Below are positions 38,851 to 47,620 of a DNA stretch of 64,000 bases, in pieces. The stretch lies in NCBI GenBank assembly GCA_963776345.1, contig CAVZMH010000016.1, positions 192,001-256,000 of the forward strand, in the 5' to 3' direction. A model generated the notes under the pieces. The model was not told the DNA's origin. It saw only the letters and a list, made by a program, of their open reading frames with translations, and did no database searches. Origin of the DNA: an uncultured delta proteobacterium (GTDB lineage: Bacteria > Myxococcota > Myxococcia > Myxococcales > Myxococcaceae). The stretch's first letter is position 1, and every line of letters begins with the position of its first letter. Made by a program: the position numbers and the translations under genes.

Positions 38851-40221
38851 TCAGAACGCCTCGCCGGCGCCGAAGTAGAAACCGCGGGTGTTGTTGGCGA
38901 ACGTCATGTCCAGGGTGATGTTGGTCCGCGACTGCCGGTTCATCATGATCCGCAGCCCGAACCCGCCAGCGACCTCCGGGTGCTCGAATAGCGATTCGCC
39001 GGCCTCGACGTACCCCTGGTAGCTCACCGGGGGCCGGGTGAACGTGGACAGGTTGGCGAAGACCACGCCACCGAGCAGGCCGTTGTCGGTGATGCGGAAC
39101 CGCCACTCCGCCTCGGTGTAGACCGCCGCCGTTCCCCGGAAGCGACCCTGGACCCAGCCACGCCCGGTGCGGTTGCGAGCGTCCCAGCCGATGGACGGCA
39201 GGGCCAGGTACGGCAGTGTGCCGCTCACCTGCCCCTGTGCGACGACCCAGAACGCCAGCACGTTGCGGGGGATGTCGGGCGAGAGTCCGATGTAGGTGCG
39301 GAACTCGCTGGAGACGAAGGAGGCCGCCTGGCTGTTTCCGAACCAGGTCGGGTTCCACTGGTAAGAGACGCTGGCGTAGACGCCGCGGTAGGCGTTGATG
39401 GTCGAGTCGCGCGTGTCGTAGAGCACGTTGAGACTGAGCCCGTTGGAGTTGTACGCCTTGGTTCCGAAACCGGCGATCTGGCTGTAGGCGTAGTGGCTGG
39501 TGACGGCTGGCGGGCTCGCTCCGAGGTCGAGGCGGAGATCCTCGATGCCGTAGTACCGATCGAACGACACACCCGGACCGACGTAGAGCTCGCCCCAGAC
39601 CTTCCTCAACGCGTTCTGGTGGAACCGGAGGAGGTTCATGTTCATCGGCTGCGCACCGTCGACGGCGGCGGTGGTGCCGATGCCGTTGAAGGTGAACCCC
39701 GAGCTGACCGGGGTGTGACCCGTGCCCAGGCCGAAGGTGTCCTGGTTGAAGAGCATGAAGCGCCAGTCGCCCTGGAACTCCCAGGTGTTCCCCGCGGTGA
39801 GGAAGGTGCTGTTGATCTGGGTGATGAACTGGTTCTTGGTCGTGTACAGCACCATCGCCTGGAGATTGGAGATGGTCGTGGTCTCCGGATCGCCCAGGTA
39901 GATGCCGAAGATCCCCACCGCGCCGAAGAGGAATCCGACGGTCGGGTTGTAGGCGAAGGCCGGGAGGATCGCGAGCAACGGCTCGAACGCCTTCGGGCGC
40001 GCGGCCTTCTTCTCCGACAGGCCAACGGCGATGAACAGGTCGGTCTCGTCGCGGTACGGCTCGCACCGTCCCGACTGGCAGACGGATCCGTGACCGGAGC
40101 GCGCGCGGCACTGCCCGTTGTCCTCGCAGGCGACCGGCGCATCCGCCTCCGCATGCACCGCCGGGCCGAGCGACAGCGCCGCCAGGAGACCGAGATCCCG
40201 GATGCCTCGAAGGTGCCCCAT
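38851..40221 (-). CDS. Omp85 (BamA/TamA-like) barrel protein with a four-Cys N-terminal mini-domain
   Basis: Signal peptide; YDTRDSTINAYRG, GRGWVQGRFRG (loop-6 RG motif), GFGLR, ends YFGAGEAF. Confidence 0.82.
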   Translation of the reverse strand: MGHLRGIRDLGLLAALSLGPAVHAEADAPVACEDNGQCRARSGHGSVCQSGRCEPYRDETDLFIAVGLSEKKAARPKAFEPLLAILPAFAYNPTVGFLFGAVGIFGIYLGDPETTTISNLQAMVLYTTKNQFITQINSTFLTAGNTWEFQGDWRFMLFNQDTFGLGTGHTPVSSGFTFNGIGTTAAVDGAQPMNMNLLRFHQNALRKVWGELYVGPGVSFDRYYGIEDLRLDLGASPPAVTSHYAYSQIAGFGTKAYNSNGLSLNVLYDTRDSTINAYRGVYASVSYQWNPTWFGNSQAASFVSSEFRTYIGLSPDIPRNVLAFWVVAQGQVSGTLPYLALPSIGWDARNRTGRGWVQGRFRGTAAVYTEAEWRFRITDNGLLGGVVFANLSTFTRPPVSYQGYVEAGESLFEHPEVAGGFGLRIMMNRQSRTNITLDMTFANNTRGFYFGAGEAF

Positions 40222-40281
40222 GCCGTCACCCCCAGGAACCGCGGGCGATCCCTACTCGAAGCGCATCCGCGGAGAATCGTT

Positions 40282-40298
40282 GGACCTTGGTCTCATTG
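40282..40298 (+). promoter_or_regulatory. Exact GGACCTTGGTCTCATTG motif copy
   Basis: Intergenic, 56 nt before ATG 40355. Confidence 0.8.
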
Positions 40299-40354
40299 TC
40301 GCCCCCGCGTCCCGCTGAGACCCTCACTCCATCTCGGGAGAGGAGGCCCGTTCA

Positions 40355-40981
40355 ATGTCCCGTGTCGGGAAGAACTTCGCACCACCCATCCTAGGCCTAG
40401 GCCTGCTGCTTGCCGCCTGTCACCCCACTGGCGCCGAGTACGTCTCCGATCTCGACGTGGTGGCCACCACCCACGACGCGACCTTCGACTTCGCCACCCC
40501 GAGTACCTACTCGCGACCGGACCGGATCTACCTGATCAGCGGCGATCCGACCTCGACGCCTCCGGATCGGCTGAATCCTCAGCTCGAGCAGCTCATCCTG
40601 AACACGCTGGACAACGAGATGAATGCGCTCGGGTACACGCTGGTCAGCGTGGGCCAGACGCCAGATCTCGTCATCACCGCCGGGGCGCTGAAGGTGACCA
40701 ACGTCAGCTACTACTACGGCTACTGGTGCGGCTACTGGGCGTACTACTACCCCTGCTATCCGTACTATCCGCCGGTCGTCGGCGTCAGCACCTACACGGT
40801 GGGGACGCTGCTGATCGACATGGCGCCGTACTCCGCCACGCCGCCCGACAATCAGATCAAGGGCGTGTGGACGGCCGTCATCCGCGGGGTCCAGACCGGG
40901 AGCCAGTCCACCGACCAGACCCGGATCGTCAACGGCATCTCGCAGGCATTCATCCAGTCTCCGTACCTGGGGCGGCCATGA
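40355..40981 (+). CDS. DUF4136-family lipoprotein
   Basis: Lipobox LLAAC; FDFATPSTY, MNALGY..PDL, Tyr/Trp-rich loop, YTVGTLLIDM, AFIQSPYL. Confidence 0.82.
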   Translation: MSRVGKNFAPPILGLGLLLAACHPTGAEYVSDLDVVATTHDATFDFATPSTYSRPDRIYLISGDPTSTPPDRLNPQLEQLILNTLDNEMNALGYTLVSVGQTPDLVITAGALKVTNVSYYYGYWCGYWAYYYPCYPYYPPVVGVSTYTVGTLLIDMAPYSATPPDNQIKGVWTAVIRGVQTGSQSTDQTRIVNGISQAFIQSPYLGRP

Positions 40982-41593
40982 GAACGCACCGCACGCTGAT
41001 TCCCTTCGCCGCAGCTCCTCGTCCTGCTCTCGGCCTCGACGGCACGCGCCCAGCTCCCGCCGACGCTGGTGGGCCTCTCGTACCAGTTCTCGATCCCCAT
41101 CGGAGAGACCTACAACTACACGCCGCCGGTGAGCTGGCGGGGCGTCGGTCTCGACGTGGCGAGCTTCATCCGGCCTGACCTGGCGGTGGGGCTGGCCTTC
41201 GGGTGGAACGTCTTCCACGAGAACGTCACCGGCACCATCAACTTCAGGGGCACCGACGTCTACGGAAACCAGGACCGCACCCTGAACATCTGGCCCACGC
41301 TGGCCAACGCCCGGTGGTTCCCGAAGATCTCCAGCAACCGCGACATCCAGCCGTACATCGGGGCGAACATCGGCGGCTACATCATCGAGCGGTACTTCGC
41401 CGTGGGCCTGACCTCCGCCGTGGAGACGCACTACCACTTCGGTCTCGCTCCGGAGATCGGCGTCTTCTTCCAGAACCCGGTGGGCGCCGTCTTCCTCAAC
41501 GCCCGCTACAACATGGCCTTCGCCGCCGGCGGAGTGCCCTTCCAGCAGTTCCTCAGCATCAGCCTGGGCTACGCCTGGGAACACCAGCGCTAG
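40978..41593 (+). CDS. OmpW/OmpA-like 8-stranded beta-barrel; frameshift near 41013
   Basis: ATGA overlap with the lipoprotein stop; signal peptide split across frames; QPYIGANIGG, HFGLAPEIG, SISLGYAW. Confidence 0.78.
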
Positions 41594-41612
41594 CTCCACG
41601 GGAGAAGAGAAC

Positions 41613-42165
41613 GTGCGCTCCATCAAGAACTTCATGCTGACCGCGGCGGCCGTGCTCGGCACCGCCGCCCTCGCGCAGGCCCCCGCGCCTGCACCCGCCC
41701 CGGCCCCCGCGGCGCCGGCGGCGGCCCCCACCCAGGACGCGGCGGCCTCCCTGCTGAAGGTCTACGTGTTCCCGGCCAACAACCAGACGCCGGACCTGCA
41801 GGCCAAGGACTCCAACGACTGCTACACCTGGGCCAAGCAGCAGACCGGGGTCGACCCGACCAATCCCACGGTGCCGGCGAAGGCCGACACCAGCCAGGCC
41901 GGAAAGGGCTCGGCAGTGAAGGGCGCCGCGAAGGGCGCGGCGGCGGGTGCGGCCATCGGGGCCATTGCCGGTGACACCGGCAAGGGTGCGGCGATCGGCG
42001 CCGACCGCGGGCGGCATGGGCGGCGTCGGCGGCAAGAAGCAGGCCCAGCAGCAGGCCGAGGCCCAGGCCAAGCAGCAGCAGCAGGCGGCAGTGAACCAGC
42101 AGATGGACGCCTTCAAGAAGGCGTACACCGCCTGCATGGAAGGAAAGAAGTACACCGTCAAGTAG
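41613..42165 (+). CDS. Glycine-zipper (YMGG-like) exported protein; frameshift near 42003
   Basis: YVFPANNQT..D..DCYTWAK, GAAAGAAIGAIAGDTGKGAAIGA, then KKAYTACMEGKKYTVK. Confidence 0.8.
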
Positions 42166-42212
42166 CTGTGGCAAGGTCCGGAGAGGCACCGGACACCTGA
42201 CGGAGGCGGTAC

Positions 42213-42563
42213 ATGGATCGACGGGGAGCTCTTCGCTGGGCCGTGGTGGGAAGCTTGGTCGCGCTCTCCGCGCCACGCGCGGCGGAGGAGCCGAAGCGGA
42301 TCGACATCAAGAACCTCAGCTGCGAGGCGTTCCTCGCGCAGCCCGAGGACATCCGGCCGATGCTCGTCGCCTGGGTGCACGGGTACTCGCACGCCAGCGG
42401 CGAGAACTGGGTGCTCGACCCCGCCATGGCCCGCACCTTCGTGACCTCGGTCCAGGAGCGGTGCACCAAGGCGCCGAAGGCCAGCTTCCGGTATCAGGTC
42501 CTGGAGACCGCCAAGGAGCGGCAGGCGGAGGCGAAGAAGGCGGCCAAGGCCGAGAAGAAGTGA
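42213..42563 (+). CDS. HdeA/HdeB-like periplasmic acid-stress chaperone
   Basis: Signal peptide; LSCEAFL..P..VAW..G and second Cys in CTKAPKAS. Confidence 0.7.
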   Translation: MDRRGALRWAVVGSLVALSAPRAAEEPKRIDIKNLSCEAFLAQPEDIRPMLVAWVHGYSHASGENWVLDPAMARTFVTSVQERCTKAPKASFRYQVLETAKERQAEAKKAAKAEKK

Positions 42564-42668
42564 GGCTCCGCCGACCTCGCGACGGCCGAAGCTGACGGGC
42601 CCGGAAGCGCGAGGGGATGCGACGGAAGGGTCGGATCGACAGAGGGACGCAGCGAGCGCCCCGGCGAG

Positions 42669-43488
42669 TCACTTGCCGAACTTGGAGCGCGAGGCCTTGG
42701 CGCGGATCCGTTCCACTTCTTTCTGGTCGACGTGCTTCCGGATCAGCGCCTGTACCGCGTAGCGAACCTGGCGATACTCATCGGCGCAGCCCTCGGCGCG
42801 CTCGTCCGGGAGCTTTCCCAGCTCCTTGGCGAAGGCGTAGCGCTTCGGGTCCGAGCCCCAGGCCAGGCAGAGCACGTTGTAGTACCGCTGGCGATCGATC
42901 CCATGCACGTCGGCGAAGTCGTCCTCGCCCGGCTTCCGGCCGGAGGAGTCCGTGTCGTACATGAAGGCGGTGGCGCGGAGCATTCGCTCGGCGAAGTCCC
43001 CGCCGAGCTGGATCGCGGCGTAGATCGCCACCTGGTCGGCGGCGTCCTCCTCTCGCCCAAGCACCGGAACGGCGAGGATGTTGAACACCGCGTGGGCGGT
43101 CTCGTGGAGAATGATGAACAGGAAGGGACCGATCACCGCCTGCTCCGGGGTGAGCTTGAAGCGCTCGGACTTCCCGGCGGCCTTCACGAAGTCGGCCGCC
43201 ATCTCGTAGCAGAAGGTGAGCACGTCCGTGTCACTGTCGTACCAGGCGTTGGACTCGCCGCAGCTTTCTCCCTTGAGGGTGACCGTCCTGGGGAGCTTGA
43301 GCGCCGACAGCATCTCCGCCGCGCCCTCGAGCATCGCGCCGCTCCTTCATCTTCGCCACCAGGGGAGCGAGCTCCGCGGTCTTGGCTTCCCCGTAGACGA
43401 CCTTGAACGAGGGCTTCTTGGCCGGTGAGGTCGCGCCTGCGCTCAGCAGCGCGGTCAGGAGAACCAGGGGAATGGTGCTCATCGACAT
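42669..43488 (-). CDS. DUF4344-like zinc metallopeptidase; frameshift near 43340
   Basis: Signal peptide; CGESNAWY..CYE, HETAH (HExxH), GREEDAAD, H..QRYYNVLC. Confidence 0.8.
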
Positions 43489-43495
43489 GTGCTCC

Positions 43496-43912
43496 TCAGG
43501 GGTGAACGGCGGAGGAACGTCCGAGGGCGTGCATCACCGCGCCGATCAGGAGCGCCGGCTCGAACGGCTTCTGCAGGCACGGGACGTCGCCGAAGCCCCG
43601 GAGCCTGAGCGCTTCCCCGGCATCGATCCGGCCCGTGACGAAGATGGCGGGGAGCTGCTCCTTCCTGGCGCGTAGCCGTTCCAGCAGATCTGGGCCGCTC
43701 ATCCCCGGGAGCACCACGTCCACCACCAGGCAACTCGGCCGGAGCTCCTCGTAGCCGTGGAGCAGCTCCTCTGCGGTCGAGAACGACGCGACGCGGAGCC
43801 CGTCGGCGCGCAGCATCCGGCTCAGCGCTCTCCGGACGCCGGGGTCGTCATCGACGACCGCCACCGTCGGGCTCGGCAAGGGACGGGTCGAGACTCTCCG
43901 CGCCGCACACAT
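43496..43912 (-). CDS. Single-domain response regulator (receiver only)
   Basis: VVDDD, VVDVVLPGMSG, FVTG, KPF. Confidence 0.88.
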   Translation of the reverse strand: MCAARRVSTRPLPSPTVAVVDDDPGVRRALSRMLRADGLRVASFSTAEELLHGYEELRPSCLVVDVVLPGMSGPDLLERLRARKEQLPAIFVTGRIDAGEALRLRGFGDVPCLQKPFEPALLIGAVMHALGRSSAVHP

Positions 43913-43975
43913 CCCAGTCCTCCACCACCCCAGGTTCCGCCAACCCTAGGAACAGCTCGGACCGGGCTGCTATAC

Positions 43976-43989
43976 GACGTTGGTCTCAT
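43976..43989 (+). promoter_or_regulatory. Near-exact motif copy GACGTTGGTCTCAT upstream of the sensor kinase
   Basis: 13 of 14 nt match the core; lies between the divergent receiver and kinase genes. Confidence 0.6.
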
Positions 43990-44008
43990 CCTCCGTCGGA
44001 CTCCTCGA

Positions 44009-45277
44009 ATGCCTTTCACCCTGATTGCCTTCGAGCAACCGGACCTCTTCGAGCAGCAGCTCTCCGAGCTGTCGGCGAGGTTCGTGTCGCTCCCGGCGGA
44101 GAAGGTGGACGGCGAGATTGACTGGGCGCTCCAGCTGCTGGTGCAGGCGTTGGGCATCGACAGGAGCAGCCTGGCCGAGCTGTCGGGGGACCAGCAGCGC
44201 ATCGAGGTTACCCACAGCCATTCCAACGACTCGACTCACCTGTTCGTCCAGGGAGACCTGGCTGCGGTCCTCCCCTGGTACGCGGCCAGGCTCCGCCAGG
44301 GCGAAATCCTGCGCTTCGACCGGCTTCCGGACGACCTTCCACCGGAGGCCAGCGCCGAACGGGAGTACTGCACTCGTGCAGGGTTACGCTCGCAGCTGAC
44401 CATTCCCTTCAGGGTGGGAGATCGCTTCCTCGGCGCGATCGGGTTCGCTTCCTTCCACCGGGAGGTCAACTGGTCGCCCCGCGTCATCCGCTCTCTGCGC
44501 CTGATCAGCGAGGTCTTCGCCAACGCCATCGCCAGGAAGGAGGCGGCGCACGCAGAGGCCCGGCTCCGGGAGCAGCTCGCGCACAGCGCCCGGGTGAATG
44601 CCGTGGGCGAGGTGGTGGCCTCCATCGCCCACGAGGTGAACCAGCCGCTCTTCGCCATCGTCAGCAACGCGCGGGCAGCCGGACAGCTGCTGGCCAGGGA
44701 GGTCCCGGACCTGGCTGAGATCGGAGCGGCGCTGGAAGACATCGTCCAGGATGCGAATCGGGCGAGCGCCGTCATCGCCCGCGTCCGGGGGTTTCTCCAG
44801 CAGAGACCCACCGAGCACCTGCCGATCGACGTGAGGACGGTGGTGGAGACGGTGGTGGCCTTTCTCGGCCCCGAGCTCGCGCGACGCCGGGTCAAGGTGG
44901 CGACGATCCTCGCCGAGGGCCTCCCTCCCATCCGGGGCGACGCCGTGCAGCTCCAGCAGGTCGTGGTCAATCTCCTGATCAACGGCGCCGATGCAATGGA
45001 GCGCCTGGATCCGAAGAAGCGGCGGATCGAGGTTCGGACCGAGCGCGACGGCGCCGAGCGAGTCCGCATCGACGTCGTGGACCACGGGCACGGCCTGGAC
45101 GACGCATCACGCCACCGTCTCTTCGAGGCCTTCTTCACCACCAAGCCCCAGGGGCTCGGCATGGGGCTCGCGATCTGCAAGTCCATCGTCGAGGCCCACG
45201 GTGGGCGGATCGCGCCGCTGGCGCAGCCTGGGCCGGGAACGACGATGCAGATCTGGCTCCCGGTCCATCGCGCTTGA
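44009..45277 (+). CDS. Soluble GAF-domain sensor histidine kinase (FixL/NodV/TodS-like kinase core)
   Basis: GAF region, H-box IAHEVNQP, QVVVNLLING, DHGHG, FFTTKPQGLGMGL; no TM segment. Confidence 0.9.
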   Translation: MPFTLIAFEQPDLFEQQLSELSARFVSLPAEKVDGEIDWALQLLVQALGIDRSSLAELSGDQQRIEVTHSHSNDSTHLFVQGDLAAVLPWYAARLRQGEILRFDRLPDDLPPEASAEREYCTRAGLRSQLTIPFRVGDRFLGAIGFASFHREVNWSPRVIRSLRLISEVFANAIARKEAAHAEARLREQLAHSARVNAVGEVVASIAHEVNQPLFAIVSNARAAGQLLAREVPDLAEIGAALEDIVQDANRASAVIARVRGFLQQRPTEHLPIDVRTVVETVVAFLGPELARRRVKVATILAEGLPPIRGDAVQLQQVVVNLLINGADAMERLDPKKRRIEVRTERDGAERVRIDVVDHGHGLDDASRHRLFEAFFTTKPQGLGMGLAICKSIVEAHGGRIAPLAQPGPGTTMQIWLPVHRA

Positions 45278-45399
45278 TCCGCGGACCGGTGCCGCCGGGG
45301 CGCAGGATTTGCGCGGCCGCGCGCCGACCGTCGCCCGATCTTCCAGGGGGTTCAAACGCCTCGTGCCCGCGCGGCATGCTTCGTGTATAGGGCCAATCC

Positions 45400-46071
45400 G
45401 TGGACATCCTGACTGATCTGCTTCCCTCCCCCGTTCCCGGTGCAGGCTCCTGGCCCGAAGTCTGGGTTCTGGATGATGACCCCGGGGTCCGTTCAGCGCT
45501 CGGACGGCTCCTGCGCTCGACGGCGCTCGCGGTCCAGACGTTCGGCTCGGCCGGCGAGTTGCTGCAGCAGCTCGAGCACCAGAGGCCACGCTGTCTGATC
45601 CTCGACCTCGCCCTTCCCGAGGTCACCGGCCTGGAGCTGCTGCACCTGCTCCAGTCGCGTGGCGAGGCCATCCCCGTGATCTTCGTCAGCGGCGAGGGAG
45701 ACGTGGGCAGCAGCGTGGAGGCGATGAAGGCAGGGGCCATCGACTTCCTGGAGAAGCCCGTGGACGCCGACGCCCTCCTCTCGGCCGTGATGCGTGCGCT
45801 GGCCCAGGAGGCGGAGTGGCGCCAGGCCCGGTCGACGATGGACGACGCCGCCCGGCTCCTCACCCGGCTGACCCCGCGCGAGCGGGAGGTCCTCTGTCAC
45901 GTGGCCAGGGGCAAGTCCAACAAGCGGATCGCCGCGGACCTCGGGACGAGCGAGAAGACCATCAAGGTCCACCGCGGGCGGGTGATGCACAAGCTCGGGG
46001 CCGGCTCCGTGGTCGACCTGGTGCACCTCGCCGAGCGATCGGGCGTCCTGCCGAGCGCCCTGCGCGCGTAG
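45400..46071 (+). CDS. FixJ/NodW/TodT-like response regulator (REC + LuxR HTH)
   Basis: LDDD, ILDLALP, AMKAGAIDFLEKP, LTPREREV..NKRIAADLGTSEKTIKVHRGRVMHKL. Confidence 0.92.
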   Translation: MDILTDLLPSPVPGAGSWPEVWVLDDDPGVRSALGRLLRSTALAVQTFGSAGELLQQLEHQRPRCLILDLALPEVTGLELLHLLQSRGEAIPVIFVSGEGDVGSSVEAMKAGAIDFLEKPVDADALLSAVMRALAQEAEWRQARSTMDDAARLLTRLTPREREVLCHVARGKSNKRIAADLGTSEKTIKVHRGRVMHKLGAGSVVDLVHLAERSGVLPSALRA

Positions 46072-46088
46072 CCGCGCTGGCCAGACAA

Positions 46089-46123
46089 CCCGCGGGCGGA
46101 GCTTCCACCCGCGGGCTTCCATG
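46089..46123 (+). repeat. 35-bp hairpin direct repeat, copy 1
   Basis: CCCGCGGGCGGAGCTTCCACCCGCGGGCTTCCATG, 17 nt after the response regulator stop. Confidence 0.85.
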
Positions 46124-46259
46124 GTGGTGAACCTGGTCCACCTCAGCGAGCTCTCCGTGGGGGGATAGGCACCGACCGGGAGCGCGTCCGACCAAGATCC
46201 CAGTGACCTCTCCCGGGTTCCTCGCCTAGGGTCGACCGAAGCCCGGGAGGACCGCACCG

Positions 46260-46883
46260 ATGAGCAGGACTCTCCGTCTGGCCACCATCCTCTCCCTCTG
46301 GGTCGGCGTGGTATCCCCGGCAACCGCCTCGGAGTCGTCGTCACCGACCGTCGGCGTCGGGGCGGGAGTGAACCTGGGGAACCTGTTCTCGGGCGGCTCG
46401 CTGTCGGCGTCGCCGGTCGCGGTGTACGTCCCGATCAACCTCGGCGACTCGTTTCGGATCGAGCCGTCGGTGGGCTACTGGTACGTCACCAGGGGAACCA
46501 CCGTCTCCGCGCCCGGCGGCCTGCTGTCCAAGGGCGGCTACATGGTGGAAGCGGCGGTGGGCGCCTTCTACCTCCTGCACCCTTCCCAACCCTTCACCGT
46601 GTACCTCGGTGGGAGGCTCGGGATCGCGTTCGTGGGCCACAGCTACTCCAACACCGAGGGGACGACCGTCACCTCGGCGAGCCAGTACAACGTCTTCGTC
46701 AATCCCACGCTCGGGCTCGAGTGGGCGGTGAGCCGTCACTTCTCGGTCGGAGCAGAGGCTGCCACGGCGTTCCACTTCTATTCCGACCCCAGCCTCAGCG
46801 TGGGGGACAGCTCGAGCTCGCTCAGCAGCAGCCGCTTCGGCACGGGCCTCGAGGCCATCGTGCTCCTGCGCCTGTACTTCTAG
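46260..46883 (+). CDS. Small outer-membrane beta-barrel protein
   Basis: GGAGG RBS, signal peptide, amphipathic strands, FSVGAE, ends LRLYF. Confidence 0.8.
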   Translation: MSRTLRLATILSLWVGVVSPATASESSSPTVGVGAGVNLGNLFSGGSLSASPVAVYVPINLGDSFRIEPSVGYWYVTRGTTVSAPGGLLSKGGYMVEAAVGAFYLLHPSQPFTVYLGGRLGIAFVGHSYSNTEGTTVTSASQYNVFVNPTLGLEWAVSRHFSVGAEAATAFHFYSDPSLSVGDSSSSLSSSRFGTGLEAIVLLRLYF

Positions 46884-46892
46884 AGAGAGGGG

Positions 46893-46927
46893 CCCGCGGG
46901 CGGAGCTTCCACCCGCGGGCTTCCATG
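46893..46927 (+). repeat. 35-bp hairpin direct repeat, copy 2
   Basis: Identical to 46089-46123, 9 nt after the beta-barrel stop. Confidence 0.85.
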
Positions 46928-46959
46928 CGCGCGGCGCCGGATTCAGCTCCGGGCGCCGG

Positions 46960-47598
46960 TCACTTCGCGGGGGGCGGAGCCTTGGCGGGCGCCTTCTTCT
47001 TCGCCGGCGGCTTCTTCGGAGCCGCGGGCTGCACGGAGAGCGCCAGCGCCTCGGAGTACCGGGCGGTGATGGTGTCGCCGACCTTCACCTTCTCCCACCG
47101 CTCCGGATGCTGCATCTGGACCTCCACCGTGTTGCCACCGGAGCCCTTGATGGTGGCGATCTTGTGCTCCATGTCGATCGCCTCCACGATGCCCGTCAGC
47201 GTCACCGTCCGGGCCACCACGCCCTCGGGCTTCTTCCCGAGCTCGGAGCGCTCCATGGCCGTCGCCTCGGTGGGCTGCGGGAGCGGCTTGGTCGGGTCGG
47301 TCTCGGTGACCTCGACCGCGAGCGCCTCCTGGTACTGCACGATGACCTCGTCCCCGACCTTCACCTGAGGCAGGTTGCGCGCCTCCTTGCCCACCGTGAA
47401 GGCGTGGGTCTTCCCGTCGGCGGTCTCCAGCACCACGTGCCGGGTGGCCTGGTCGATCTCCTTCACCGTGGCCTTGACCGTCTTGATGTCCTTCTTCGAG
47501 TACGAGGCCTTGGGAGCCTTCGCCGGGGTCTCGGCCGCGAGGGCCGGGACGAAGGCCGCCAGCGCGGCGGCCAGGACTGCGGAGTTCAACGAACGCAT
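46960..47598 (-). CDS. Periplasmic protein with two internal OB-fold-like repeats
   Basis: Signal peptide; two repeats V..ID...R/K.....G.....V...VKVGD....Y.EALA; last gene of the RND operon. Confidence 0.75.
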   Translation of the reverse strand: MRSLNSAVLAAALAAFVPALAAETPAKAPKASYSKKDIKTVKATVKEIDQATRHVVLETADGKTHAFTVGKEARNLPQVKVGDEVIVQYQEALAVEVTETDPTKPLPQPTEATAMERSELGKKPEGVVARTVTLTGIVEAIDMEHKIATIKGSGGNTVEVQMQHPERWEKVKVGDTITARYSEALALSVQPAAPKKPPAKKKAPAKAPPPAK

Positions 47599-47620
47599 CG
47601 AGTTCCTCCTTGGGTGACTG

